From Eledone cirrhosa (lineage: Eukaryota), in assembly GCA_964016885.1 (NCBI GenBank), contig OZ024760.1:806001-870000 (forward strand): a DNA stretch of 64,000 nt, in the 5' to 3' direction. This document shows positions 30,240 to 44,216 of this stretch, piece by piece. The position numbers were made by a program, and so were the translations under genes. Each line of letters opens with the position of its first letter. Position 1 is the stretch's first letter. The notes beneath the pieces were generated by a model, which saw only the letters and a list, made by a program, of their open reading frames with translations, was not told the DNA's origin and searched no databases.

Positions 30240-31096
30240 CACCACCAGCAGCAGCAGCATCAACAACAATAACATCACCACCATCAGCAGCAGCAACAGT
30301 AACAACAACAACAATAACAGCAACATCACTAACACCACCACCAACAACACCACCACCAACACCACTACCACCACCAACACCACCACCACTAAAACCACTA
30401 CCAACAACACCACCACCAACACCACCACCACTAAAACCACTACCAACAACACCACCACCAACACCAGCAACACAACCAACATCAACACCACCACCACCAC
30501 CAACACCAACACCACCACCACCACCACCACCACTAAAACCACTACCACCACCAACACCACCACCACCACCAACACCACCACCAAGAACACCACCAACACC
30601 ACCAACACCACCACCAAGAACACCACCAACACCACCAACACCACCACCACCAACATCACTACCAACACCACCACCAACAACAACACCACCAACACTACCA
30701 CCAACAACACCACCTACACCAACACCACCACCAACACCACCAACTCCACCACCACCAACAACAACAACAACACCCTCACCACCACCATCACCACCACCAC
30801 CACCACCCCCAACAACAACAACACCACCACCAACACCACCAACACCACCACCCCCACCAACACCACCACCAACACACCACCAACACCACCACCAACACAC
30901 CACCACCACCACCAACACCAACAACACCACCAACGCCACCACCAACAACACCACCACCAACACCACCACCACCAACACCACCACCAACACCACCACCACC
31001 AACACACCACCACCACCAACAACAACACCACCACCACCACCACCACCACCACCAACACACCACCACCACCACCACCAACACCACCACCACCACCAA
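30240..31096. repeat. degenerate (CCA/ACA)n repeat
   Basis: Directly visible. Confidence 0.9.
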
Positions 31097-31286
31097 CTAA
31101 ATCCCCAAATACGATATAAGCCAGAAGGAACGTCAGTTTAATTCTATTAAGACTTAATTGAAATTTAAATGTTGAATTTCTAAAATAATCTGAATCTCTT
31201 TAGTAACCAATTGTTTGTGAAAGCCCTGCATAGAGTCTGTCTTAAAGGATAGATTAAGCGATGTAATTCCTGGTATTTTACAGGAT

Positions 31287-31477
31287 GGCGCTGGATTGGC
31301 AGTAACGGTAGAAGGTCGGACGCCATGCTTTGCAGCATAGAGTTACGGCCCTTTACAGTCTGAGTTCAACTCCTGCCGAGGTCAACTTTGCCTGTCATCT
31401 TTACGAGGCCGATAAAATAAAGTACTAGTAGTGCACTGGGTAATTGCTGGCCTTGTGCCAAATGTAGAAACAATTAT
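31287..31477 (+). mobile_element. SINE family A
   Basis: Full-length homology to 43982-44170. Confidence 0.85.
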
Positions 31478-31553
31478 ACAGGATGACCACAAAAACACTC
31501 AGAGCTTGGTTATGACCAAAGGCCTAGTTTCGGGGGGTACCAGGGGACATGTC

Positions 31554-31584
<31 letters not shown>

Positions 31585-31889
31585 ACTTTTTCAAACGTCT
31601 ATACTTTATTTTTTGTTTATTTGATATAATAAATTCTTTTTAAGCTTATTTTTTTTGATATCTGAACTTCATTTGAATATATAAAATTTAATTAGCGTAA
31701 AATTTTGCTTATGTGATAGGGTCCAGGAAAGGACCCATAAGCAATACTAACATGCTCCTTTAAAGATCAACAAATGTTGGTTTGTCCCCCTCATATTTTT
31801 AAGGCAAATGAGGCCCCTGGTTATGACATTGATATTTGCCAAGCAACAAAAGGGGCCCGCATCGAGTGTCTATGATATCAACCAATACC

Positions 31890-34700
31890 CCATGAAACAA
31901 ATGCAAGCTGCTGAGTACGGTTACTCGATAGTATGCATAGGTTGGAGATCAGAGCGTCGAACCAGGTTGAACCGCTGCTTCTCCAAATTGAGAGATCACA
32001 GCTCCGATACTATGGACATGTGGTTAGAATGTCTCAGGAAAGAACGCTGGACAGATTTGTAGCTCAGATATCAGAGAGTTACTCCAGGTAGAGCCGCTAC
32101 TTCTCCGAATTGAGAGATCACAGCTCCGATACTATGGACATGTGGTTAGAATGTCTCAAGAAAGAACGCTGGACAGATTTGTAGCTCAGATATCAGAGAG
32201 TTACTCCAGGTAGAGCTGCTACTTCTCCGAATTGAGAGATCACAGCTCCGATACTATGGACATGTGGTTAGAATGTCTCAGGAAAGAACGCTGGACAGAT
32301 TTGTAGCTCAGATATCAGAGAGTTACTCCAGGTAGAGCTGCTACTTCTCCGAATTGAGAGGTCTCATCTCCGATACTATGGACATGTGGTTAGAATGTCT
32401 CAGGAAAGAACGCTGGACAGATTTGTAGCTCAGATATCAGAGAGTTTCTCCAGGTAGAGCCGCTACTTCTCCGAATTGAGAGATCACAGCTCCGATACTA
32501 TGGACATGTGGTTAGAATGTCTCAGGAAAGAACGCTGGACAGATTTGTAGCTCAGATATCAGAGAGTTACTCCAGGTAGAGCTGCTACTTCTCCGAATTG
32601 AGAGATCACAGCTCCGATACTATGGACATGTGGTTAGAATGTCTCAGGAAAGAACGCTGGACAGATTTGTAGCTCAGATATCAGAGAGTTACTCCAGGTA
32701 GAGCTGCTACTTCTCCGAATTGAGAGGTCTCATCTCCGATACTATGGACATGTGGTTAGAATGTCTCAGGAAAGAACGCTGGACAGATTTGTAGCTCAGA
32801 TATCAGAGAGTTTCTCCAGGTAGAGCCGCTACTTCTCCGAATTGAGAGATCACAGCTCCGATACTATGGACATGTGGTTAGAATGTCTCAGGAAAGAACG
32901 CTGGACAGATTTGTAGCTCAGATATCAGAGAGTTACTCCAGGTAGAGCTGCTACTTCTCCGAATTGAGAGATCACAGCTCCGATACTATGGACATGTGGT
33001 TAGAATGTCTCAGGAAAGAACGCTGGACAGATTTGTAGCTCAGATATCAGAGAGTTACTCCAGGTAGAGCTGCTACTTCTCCGAATTGAGAGGTCTCATC
33101 TCCGATACTATGGACATGTGGTTAGAATGTCTCAGGAAAGAACGCTGGACAGATTTGTAGCTCAGATATCAGAGAGTTTCTCCAGGTAGAGCCGCTACTT
33201 CTCCGAATTGAGAGATCACAGCTCCGATACTATGGACATGTGGTTAGAATGTCTCAGGAAAGAACGCTGGACAGATTTGTAGCTCAGATATCAGAGAGTT
33301 ACTCCAGGTAGAGCTGCTACTTCTCCGAATTGAGAGATCACAGCTCCGATACTATGGACATGTGGTTAGAATGTCTCAGGAAAGAACGCTGGACAGATTT
33401 GTAGCTCAGATATCAGAGAGTTACTCCAGGTAGAGCTGCTACTTCTCCGAATTGAGAGGTCTCATCTCCGATACTATGGACATGTGGTTAGAATGTCTCA
33501 GGAAAGAACGCTGGACAGATTTGTAGCTCAGATATCAGAGAGTTTCTCCAGGTAGAGCCGCTACTTCTCCGAATTGAGAGATCACAGCTCCGATACTATG
33601 GACATGTGGTTAGAATGTCTCAGGAAAGAACGCTGGACAGATTTGTAGCTCAGATATCAGAGAGTTACTCCAGGTAGAGCTGCTACTTCTCCGAATTGAG
33701 AGGTCTCATCTCCGATACTATGGACATGTGGTTAGAATGTCTCAGGAAAGAACGCTGGACAGATTTGTAGCTCAGATATCAGAGAGTTACTCCAGGTAGA
33801 GCTGCTACTTCTCCGAATTGAGAGATCACAGCTCCGATACTATGGACATGTGGTTAGAATGTCTCAGGAAAGAACGCTGGACAGATTTGTAGCTCAGATA
33901 TCAGAGAGTTACTCCAGGTAGAGCTGCTACTTCTCCGAATTGAGAGGTCTCATCTCCGATACTATGGACATGTGGTTAGAATGTCTCAGGAAAGAACGCT
34001 GGACAGATTTGTAGCTCAGATATCAGAGAGTTTCTCCAGGTAGAGCCGCTACTTCTCCGAATTGAGAGATCACAGCTCCGATACTATGGACATGTGGTTA
34101 GAATGTCTCAGGAAAGAACGCTGGACAGATTTGTAGCTCAGATATCAGAGAGTTTCTCCAGGTAGAGCCGCTACTTCTCCGAATTGAGAAATCACAGCTC
34201 CGATACTATGGACATGTGGTTAGAATGTCTCAGGAAAGAACGCTGGACAGATTTGTAGCTCAGATATCAGAGAGTTACTCCAGGTAGAGCCGCTACTTCT
34301 CCGAATTGAGAGGTCTCATCTCCGATACTATGGACATGTGGTTAGAATGTCTCAGGAAAGAACGCTGGACAGATTTGTAGCTCAGATATCAGAGAGTTAC
34401 TCCAGGTAGAGCCGCTACTTCTCCGAATTGAGAAATCACAGCTCCGACATTGCGGGCATGTGGTTAGAATATCTCAGGAAAGAATCGCTGGACAGATTTC
34501 ACGGGTAAAAACCAACCGATAGGAGACCCAGGAGTAAACCACGAGCAAGATGGTTGGATAATATCCATAAACTAGGCTAGTCTCGCTTGAGGATCCAGCC
34601 GGATCGGTTGGAGACAGTTGCTTCTGACAGGAAGGTGTGTCTGAGGTCTCGGCCACCGCGACCCTCCCAGGAATAAGTGGGTGAAGAAGAAATAGAAGAA
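31890..34700 (+). mobile_element. RTE-clade LINE 3' fragment with an internal segment amplified into a satellite
   Basis: Left flank translates IRASNQVEPLLLQIERSQLRYYGHVVRMSQER. Right flank translates RRPRSKPRARWLDNIHKLG*SRLRIQPDRLETVASDR...PPRPSQE*, followed by a GAA-rich tail. Confidence 0.8.
31972..34499 (+). repeat. 122-bp tandem repeat, ~20.7 copies
   Basis: TTCTCCGAATTGAG recurs at 32101, 32223, 32345 ... 34419 (period 122). Confidence 0.97.
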
Positions 34701-35080
34701 GACGTCTGACAGGACCTGCTGAAAGGAGTGCCTGCCTGAGGACTCTGCCACCACGACCCTGTCACGAATAAGTGGGAGAAGAAGAAGGAGGAGGGGGGAG
34801 GGGGAGGAGGAGGGGGAGGAGGCGGAGGAGGAGGAGGAGAAGAAGAAGAAGAAGAAGAAGAAGAAGAAGAAGAAGAAGAAGAAGAAGAAGAAGAAGAAGA
34901 AGAAGAAGAACGAGACGAAAAAGAAGAAGGCGATAAAGAAGAACGAGAACAACAACAACAACAACAACAAAAACGACAGCAGTAGCAGCAACAATAACAA
35001 CAGCAACGAGACAAAAATACAGACCAGAGCGCAGACATGTACGATAAAGCAAAAAAACACACACAAACACACTCACACAA

Positions 35081-35161
<81 letters not shown>

Positions 35162-35373
35162 TGAATTCCAACCAAAAGCATTCACCGTTAAAAATAAGCA
35201 GTAAGTCGGAAACATTAACTAATGGGAACGCCTCAACGCATTACATCTTTACATTTTGGAAAGTCAAAGTTAGTTTCTTATTAAAAGAAATAATAGAATT
35301 AGAGGAAATAATCTGTTCTCTCTCTATTTATGGAACGTTCTTTGGTACTCCGGATATTCATGAAAATTAATTA

Positions 35374-35414
<41 letters not shown>

Positions 35415-35477
35415 ATTTGGGGATACGAGGGATTTGGTGAGTGAGTAAGCAAAATATAGAGTGTAATGGGAATATGA

Positions 35478-35524
<47 letters not shown>

Positions 35525-36723
35525 GTGTGTGTGCATTTATATATATATATATGTATATATACGGACATACACGAACACATATACATATAAACATATATAT
35601 ATATATACATATTTAAATATGTTTATGCTGATACAGACATATATATATATACATACATACATTTATATATAATATAGTCTTTCTCTCCCTATATATATGT
35701 GTGTGTGTGTGTGTGTGTAGATCTGGTATTAATCAACGGGGAGTGTAGCTCGGGTAATTACGAAATTAATTAACTAATTACCGTCACCCATTCATTCATT
35801 TATACCTAATGCCTCTATAATGCTAATTATGTTTTATACGGTTAATTATGAACTATAACTTTACTGAGGACAGAGGCATGGCAGTGTAGTAAAAATGTAC
35901 TTTTCACATTTATGTGGCACCAGGTTCGATCGTACATCTAGTGCATATATATGTTTATAATGCGCCGAAACATCCGTGATCCGTAGTAAACAGCTGACGA
36001 AGGGAAAATCTGCTTCGTAGAATCGAGACGTATCTGAGGACCTTGCGATTTCAGAGTCAGGTTCGATCATTACATCGATCGTGCCTCGAGCTGGTCGTCA
36101 GAGATACGATTGTAATATGTCTAATAAATGTTATTCGTCGCACCACTGATTCTCCGTTTCTTATGTGATATATATATATATTGTAGTAAAGGGTGCAATT
36201 GGATTGCGTTCACAGGCAATAAGACAAGATGAGCACTCGATGCTATTGGGGAGCAGAGTTCTAGTAGTGGTAGGTAGGTGTAGAACACAAGGAATCGGCA
36301 ACACTCGCGCATGCGCTCAAACCTATAAGCCCACGCTCTAGTGACGACCACTACTAACTACTAACAAACTTTGAATGACCGGAACCGATATCACACCCGA
36401 TAGAATATAGTCTCTGATGCGTGATATCAATCAATCAGATGCAAACGGCAGTTAAAAGCAGCCACATTGTTCCCTTCCCCGACGTACCTATTTCCTTTCG
36501 GAAAACACACCCGTCGACTGATGTGAAGTTCGAAATATAGAGACCAACACATCTCTTCCAAGGTAACTCCATCTCTGGTTTTCTCTTTTCGTCTCTTTAC
36601 ATTTCTTTTCCTTCTTCCTACTGCCACCTGGTTTTGTTACCCGGAGATTTACCCATCTGCATTGTAAAGGCTTCCAAAACGACCATTTTTCATATTCCAC
36701 AATGCTTCAAACAAACTTAAACA

Positions 36724-36812
<89 letters not shown>

Positions 36813-36854
36813 TACGTATATTTATATATACACATATTATATATATATATATAT

Positions 36855-39272
36855 CACGCTGACAATATCCACAATATTGCAGTGGAGAAAACTCTACTCT
36901 CTGATCATGACATGGTTCTCTGTGATCTGAGATTCCACCGTCCAATATACAAACCCAATGTCATCTCTCCTGTCCATCCGTTTGACGCTATGGATTTCCA
37001 CAATGCAAACTGGGAAGCGATCAGTCATGATCTTGCACATGTCGACTGGTCCTTCACGCACACTCATACACCCACTAACATCAAAAAGTCCTGGCAGACA
37101 TTTGTGGACACTGTTACAAACATATGTGCTAAACACACCCCATTAAGAACTATAAACAAATCTAAGAGCAAAATCCCTAGAAATAGAAAAACGCTCATCA
37201 GAAAAATTAAGAGAACGAACAAAAAAATCAACAAGCTGAAATACTGTCAGCAGCAACACATCAACTTGACTGCCATTTCATCACTAGAAATTAAAAAACA
37301 TAACCTCCAAAACAACATAATGTCCCTCATCAACAATCAGAGAAGAGCTGAAGAGGCCTGGGCCATTGAGAAGATCAAACTCAATCCCAAAGTGTTCTTT
37401 TCATTTGCAAAAAAACACAAAATCACTGGCTCTACTGTTGGCCCTCTAATTGATGAAAATGGCACTCTTCAAGACAATGCTAAAACCATGGGTGAGATAC
37501 TGCAGAAACAATACTGCTCTGTTTTCAGCAATCCTGATATGGCCGATCTGGGCTGTATCGGCGATGTTACTCCCCATTACACCTTATCGGACATAACGTT
37601 TGGCGCCCCTGATGTCTTGGCGGCAATAAAGGAAATCAAGCATAATTCAGCAGTAGGTCCCGATAGGTTCCCTGCTTGTGTCTTGAAGGCGTGTCAACAC
37701 CAACTTGCTTCTCCTCTTGCCAATCTGTGGCGGAACTCACTGGATGCTGGATATGTGCCAGAAAACCTTCTATCCCAGTCTGTTGTCCCAGTTTTCAAAA
37801 AGGGAAACAAATCCCTTGCCGTGAATTACCGTCCAATCTCACTCACCTCTCATATCATTAAGGTATTTGAGCGAGTGGTGAGATCGCGAATGACCCACTT
37901 CCTTGAGAGTAACAATATGCTGAACTCCAACCAGCATGGATTCCGTAATGGAAGGGATTGCCTGACGCAACTACTGCATCACTTTGATGACATTTTGAGA
38001 GCCTTGGGAGAGGGTTCCAACACTGATGTTATCTACCTTGATTTCAGCAAGGCCTTTGACAGGGTTGATCATAACATTCTACTGAGAAAGCTGTCCAATA
38101 TTGGTGTCACTGGAAAGCTGCTGCAGTGAATCAAGAGCTTCCTGTCAAACAGAACCCAACATGTTGTAGTTGAGGGAGTCAAATCAAGCCCAGCCAAAGT
38201 CAGTAGTGGAGTCCCACAAGGCACTGTGTTGGGCCCACTTCTCTTCATCATCTATATTAATGACATCACTGACATCATCAAACACAGCAACATTAAAATT
38301 TTCGCTGATGATTCCAAGCTCCAAAAGGTCATCAATGGCGTGGATGACCGGATAAGCCTTCAGTCAGACCTACTGGCTGTTACCCAATGGGCAGAAAAGA
38401 ACAACATGTTACTGAACGAAGACAAATTCGAACTGATCCACTTTGGAAAAGAGGATGCTCTGAAACTCCCGTACTCCCTTCTCTCCGGGGAAACTCTCGT
38501 GACATCTAACAACATCAGAGACTTGGGAGTAACCGTGGACAGCAACATAAGCTGGACCACGCATATAAGCAGCAAAGTTGACATGGCCCGCAGAATGTGT
38601 TCCTGGATCCTCAGAACCTTCCAGTCGAGAGATTCCCGCACCATTATCCTTCTCTTCTCTACTTTCGCCCGACCACACCTTGAATACTGTTGTCCACTGT
38701 GGTCTCCCCACACGAAACAAAGTATCATGAAACTTGAAGCTCCTCAAAGGGCAATCACGAAAAAGATAGATGGCATGTCAGACCTTGACTACTGGGGTCG
38801 ATTGGAAAACCTGAAACTTTACTCACTCCAACGTCGCCGTGAGCGTTATATTATCTGCATGATGTGGAAAATGTTCCATCATCACTGCCCAAATGATGTT
38901 GGCATCGCCTTCAAGATACACCCAAGGCTTGGGCCCCGTGCTATCCGTCCCATTCAAAAATCTAAATCGCAACTCATAACAACAATACGGCACAATTATT
39001 TCACCTCAATCGGCCCTGCTCTCTTCAACATCACACCAGGACACGTCAAAACAGAAACTGACCACACAAAATTCAAGAAGTCTTTGGACAAATTCCTCCA
39101 AGTAATCCCGGACAAACCACCCACACCCGGATATGTCTCCGCAAACAGTAATTCTCTTCTCGAATGGGCCATGGTGCCCAAATCCTGAATTGAAAGACTT
39201 CGCCAGGTGGTGCTATTAAGTTAGACATGGCCTGGGCCAATACTGGCCAAAACATTTCAAAGTTATTCAAAG

Positions 39273-39274
<2 letters not shown>
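36855..39274 (+). mobile_element. 5'-truncated CR1/L2-group LINE (end of APE, RT, 3'UTR)
   Basis: SDH, NYRPISLTS, QHGFR, YLDFSKAFD, GVPQGTVLGP, FADD, RPHLEYCCPLWSP. One in-frame TGA at 38127-29. Stop at 39186-88. Tail (TTCAAAGTTA)x2. Confidence 0.92.
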
Positions 39275-39319
<45 letters not shown>

Positions 39320-39374
39320 GTATATTTATATATACACATATTATATATATATATATATATATAAAATATACGTA

Positions 39375-39462
<88 letters not shown>

Positions 39463-39480
39463 GTATATTTATATATACAC

Positions 39481-39521
<41 letters not shown>

Positions 39522-39651
39522 GCACAAGCGCACACACACATTTAAATTCCTTCTGTCAAATAAATATGTATACGTGTATTGTGTCTATATATATACTTAT
39601 ATATATATACTTATATATATATATATGTGCGTGCGTGTGTGTGTTTGTGTG

Positions 39652-39701
<50 letters not shown>

Positions 39702-40036
39702 TCTCGTCATTAAAATTCCTCCTGTCATATATATAACCTGTTATTATGGAATGAAAGTGATTGGAATGGAACAACAGCAACAACAACCACAACAAAACAA
39801 AAAAAAACATCAACAAAAGACTAGAAATTGTTAACAATACAATCTAAGATAAGATGGAGTCTTTAAGCCTCGTTTTCACATCACACCCACATCTCGCTGT
39901 CTATAAGAGACCTACCACAGTTGGAGTAGTGATGTGTGTGTATATATATATATATGTATATGTATATATGTGTCACGATGTGTGTGTATATGTGTGTGTA
40001 TATATGTATGTAGGTTTGTATGTGTATGTGTGCTTT

Positions 40037-40107
<71 letters not shown>

Positions 40108-40261
40108 CATATATATATATATATGTATATATAGAGAGATTGAGAGAGAGGGGGAGATGTCTTTATAGGACATTCCCCTTGTCTATTGTGATTTCTTTAC
40201 CTCACGTTAAAGACATGTCAAGTCACCTGTGGAATATAGTGTCATAGAAGAGACTGTGTTG

Positions 40262-40965
40262 GACACACAGACACTGACACATATACACACACATACATAT
40301 ACAGACACTGACACATAGACATATAGACATATACACACACATACATATACAGACACTGACACATAGACATGTAGACATACATATACAGACACTGACACAT
40401 AGACATATAGACATATACAGACACTGACACATAGACATATAGACATATACACACACATACATATACAGACACAGACACTGACACATAGACATATAGACAT
40501 ATATATACAGACACTGACACATAGACATATAGACATATACACACACATACATATACAGACACATAGACATGTAGACATACATATACAGACACTGACACAT
40601 AGACATATAGACATACATATACATACACTGACACATAGACATATAGACATATATATACAGACACTGACACATAGATATATAGACATATACACACACATAC
40701 ATATAAAGACACAGACACTGACACATAGACATATAGACATATACACACATACATATAAAGACACAGACACTGACACATAGACATATAGACATATACACAC
40801 ACATACATATAAAGACACAGACACTGACACATAGACATATAGACATATACACACATACATATACAGACACAAACACTGACACATAGACATATACACACAC
40901 ATACACATATAGACACAGACACATAGACATATACACAGACAGCCACTCACGTAGCCACAGGCATA

Positions 40966-41040
<75 letters not shown>
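40262..41040. repeat. ACAGACACTGACACATAGACATAT-based minisatellite ending in (CA)n
   Basis: Directly visible. Confidence 0.9.
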
Positions 41041-41045
<5 letters not shown>

Positions 41046-41046
41046 G

Positions 41047-41492
41047 AAGTGGTTACACATCAGTTAGTTCACCATACCGAAAACAATTGTTTCACCTTAG
41101 CGGATCCTCAGCTCGTAATGGAGAGGGTTATACGGAACAGGAAGGACAACCGTACGAACGCGCATGCGCAGAAACGATCACTTCACACAGGCAATACTAA
41201 ATTGCGTGCGAGAGGTGTAGTGTGAAGTGATCGTTTCTGCGCATGCGCGTTCGTACGGTTGTCCTTCCTGTTCCGTATAACCATAAAGAAACAATTGTTA
41301 ATACTGTAAATAAACCCCATTGTACAGCCGACCATGTTATTCTTTATTCTTTTACTATTATTACTTCAAGAACCACCTGCCTAAGAACTTTCTTAAACCG
41401 GCCACATGACTAAGGAAGCTTCTTGTTGAGTTAAACAATGCCATACGTTAAAACTATCCTCGACACAGAGTACTCACAACCTCTAGCTGGAT

Positions 41493-41497
<5 letters not shown>
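41047..41497. mobile_element. PLE-like insert with 63-bp inverted repeat and minimal hammerhead
   Basis: Arms 41126-41188 and 41220-41282. Minus-strand hammerhead at 41073-41120. Tail block GAAACAATTGTTAATACTGTAAATAAA...GCCGACCATGTTATTCTT is shared with ~23732-23795. Confidence 0.75.
41073..41120 (-). ncRNA. minimal type I hammerhead
   Basis: CGAG-CTGAGGA-TCCGCTAAGGT-GAAA-CAATTG-TT-TTCG. Short stem I and palindromic stem III. Confidence 0.65.
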
Positions 41498-41548
<51 letters not shown>

Positions 41549-41647
41549 TAATAAAATAATGAATAAACAAAGAAACAGTTCCTTATATTAAAAAAATTCA
41601 TCATTTTACGATCGTTTCTAGGATATATATGTGTTAGATTTATCTAC

Positions 41648-41780
<133 letters not shown>

Positions 41781-42599
41781 GGCTTTACTAGTTTTGACTG
41801 GTTTTCGGCTAAGTACTCGATACATGAGAAAGTAAAATATATTTTATTGTAAATATTTTGCGCCCGACGGATGAGCTCATGCCGTTTCAACCGGAAAACT
41901 CACAAAATCATGAAATAAAATAAAATAAAATGAAATGAAATAAAGCAATGGAGTGGAGGCTGAAGCAATCAACAATCCAAGATGGACGACACTTCCGTAG
42001 TATTGAATACAAAAACAACATTTTTGATTTATGACTTCCGACGTCATATATGACTGAGCTTCCTTAGAGTTCATTGACACGACTGTGGCACATATACATA
42101 TAGAGAGAGACATGCAGACACGTTTACACAAGCATACACACTCGCTCACATATACACACATACATAGACATTCACACACATATAGACACATATGTTCACA
42201 CAGACATACACACTCGCTTACATATACACACATACAGGTAGACATTCACATATACACACACACAAATACAAACACACAAGCACACTCATACACACATACA
42301 CACACGGTCGCACAGACATACACACTCGCTCACATATACACATACACACACGCTGACGTTTGCACAGACATATACACATATACACATAGACATTCACAGA
42401 CAGATACACTCGCTCACATATACACACAAACACACATACATACGTTCGCACAGACATACACACTTGCTCATATATACACACATACACACATACCTACTCA
42501 CGCACGCACACATGCCCCCCCCCCCCCTACACACAGCCTGTCAATAAAAAAGAGAAGCCGATCCTGATGTAGAAAGTGTGAACCTTACACGACACCGCC

Positions 42600-43306
42600 A
42601 CACCAGTACAACCTACATCATTCTCCCTCCACCCCTCCACTCCATCCTTCACCCCATCACTCCATTCCTCACCACTTCTTCACCCAACACCACTCCACCC
42701 GACGCTGCTCCACACCGCACTACCCCACCACTACACTCCACACCAAACCACACTACACCACTCCATACTACACTACTAATCCTCACCACACCACCCCCAC
42801 CCCTCTTCACACCACACTGCACTACTACATTTCACACGGCACAACACTCCACCACTCGACATGACACTAAATTACACCACTCCACACTACACTACACTCC
42901 ATACTTCACCACTCAACACCACACTTCACCACTAATTCTCACCACTCCACACTACACTACACTCCACACTTCACCACTCAACACCACACTTCACCACTAA
43001 TTCTCACCACTCCACACTACACTACACTCCACACTTCACCACTCAACACCACACTTCACCACTAATTCTCACCACACCACCCTACACCGCTCCACAACAC
43101 ACTACACCATTCCACACCACACTACACCCCTCCACACCACACTACACTACACCACTAATCCTCACTACACCACTATACACTACACTACACCACACCACAC
43201 TACACCACTACACTACACCACACTACACCACTACATTACACCACACCACACCACACTACACCACTACACTACACCACACTACACCATACACTCCACACCA
43301 CACCAC
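42600..43306. repeat. degenerate (CACTA/CACCA)n repeat
   Basis: Directly visible. Confidence 0.85.
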
Positions 43307-43591
43307 GCGTCGGTCCGCACTACATGAGATTTCTCAAATATTTTCGGAAATAACACGTGCTTTCTATACACAGTATTTTACTAATGCATTCACTGCTTAC
43401 AGGACTCTACAGTGAAACTGTACAGTCGCGAGTATTTTTTGTGTTCCCACACAAATCCGTTTATCCACTATGTAACCAATTGTGTCCATTCTGATATGCA
43501 AAATCGTATTTACAACATATGATTTTTGTAAAATCATGGATTGGAAAATGGCGATCCTAGACGAAATCTAATTGTCTGGCTCGTTATAATG

Positions 43592-43896
<305 letters not shown>

Positions 43897-43981
43897 TATA
43901 TATATATATATATATATAATTATATATATATATATATATATAATTATTATATATATATAATTATATATATATATATATATA

Positions 43982-44170
43982 GGCGGGATTGGCAGTATCG
44001 GTAGAGAGTCGGACGCCATGCTTTGACGCATAGAGTTACGGCCCTTGCCATTCTGAGTTCAAATCCCGCCAAGGTTAACTTTGCCTTTTATCCTTACTGG
44101 GTCGATAAAATAAAGTACCAGTAATACACTGGTAATTGCTGGCCTTGTGCCAAAAGTAGAAACAATTATT
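43982..44170 (+). mobile_element. SINE family A, full length
   Basis: A box TGGCAGTATCGG, B box GAGTTCAAATCC, body GGTCGATAAAATAAAGTACCAGT, tail AGAAACAATTATT. Confidence 0.88.
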
Positions 44171-44184
44171 ATATATATATATAC

Positions 44185-44215
<31 letters not shown>

Positions 44216-44216
44216 T

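Noticed and set aside
27100-31005. 1301-aa Val/Ile-rich minus-strand ORF resembling a membrane protein
   Set aside because: Antisense reading of the ACA-based minisatellite.
31972-34499. Regular array suggesting CRISPR
   Set aside because: No unique spacers. The whole 122-bp unit repeats, it derives from RTE coding sequence, and the context is eukaryotic with no cas genes.
43982-44070. tRNA gene (A and B boxes)
   Set aside because: tRNA-derived SINE head present in about ten copies with a common body and no convincing cloverleaf.
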